From: Trichinella spiralis
Lineage: Eukaryota
NCBI RefSeq assembly: GCF_000181795.1
Contig: NW_003526944.1
Coordinates: 5,155,260 to 5,175,259 of the forward strand
Reading direction: 5' to 3'
Length of the DNA: 20,000 nt
Numbering within the stretch: the first letter of the stretch is position 1; each line of letters starts with the position of its first letter. The position numbers were made by a program, and so were the translations under genes. This document shows, one piece after another, positions 19,775 through 20,000 of the stretch. The notes beneath the pieces are model-generated. The model ran no database searches. It had not been told where the DNA came from and saw only the letters and a list, made by a program, of their open reading frames with translations.

Positions 19775-19913
19775 ACAAACCTTGACGTGACATCGGTGAT
19801 CAAGCAGAATGATCACATCGAAAGCTGCCCGGTGGATGAGCACTTGGTCTACAAAATGGAAAAAAGGCGATTTTAAAAAGGCGGAGCGCGGAAGAAACGA
19901 AACCCATCCCGGC
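19775..19913 (+). mobile_element. Fragment of a second, diverged FLYWCH-MULE copy
   Basis: Translates TNLDVTSVIKQNDHIESCPVDEHLVYKMEK, then after a frameshift KAILKRRSAEETKPIP. It is paralogous to TDLEVTAVIDRKDHVETCQVDEHLAY at about 19000-19077. Confidence 0.8.
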
Positions 19914-20000
19914 CGGGATGGTCCCAGTTGGGCTCAATTTTATTCCCATTCGGTCCCACTGTTCATTTATTGGTCGTTGTCCTCGCTATTTTATTAGTCC

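Noticed and set aside
1..20000. CRISPR array, prokaryotic defence locus or U12-type introns
   Set aside because: Sequence is eukaryotic with no repeat-spacer array, and none of the modelled introns has the U12 donor RTATCCTT.

Overview
AT-rich eukaryotic genomic DNA with many short (about 50-90 nt) GT-AG introns. The transposon families and gene structure suggest a nematode, most like Trichinella (inference, not verified). The first ~14.4 kb is a compact cluster of mostly spliced genes that the ORF track only fragments or misses: a two-domain monothiol glutaredoxin (GLRX3-like, minus, runs off the left edge), a 4-exon histone-fold POLE3/CHRAC17-like gene absent from the ORF track, an orphan putative GPI-anchored glycoprotein, endonuclease G (6 exons, probable GC-AG intron), tRNA-Pro(CGG), a 13-exon USP16/USP45-like deubiquitinase and an intronless SPCS3. 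The last ~3 kb is a nest of decayed transposons: a perfect 15-bp hairpin, a BEL/Pao LTR with a tRNA-Tyr primer-binding site, a multiply deleted Pao internal region fused in frame to a FLYWCH-MULE transposase, and a second FLYWCH fragment. Several junctions carry apparent templated-insertion scars. I found no convincing novel multi-gene system. The best leads are the orphan surface glycoprotein, the atypical glutaredoxin, the hairpin at the LTR insertion site and the TE junction scars. All exon models were assembled by hand and checked for phase.
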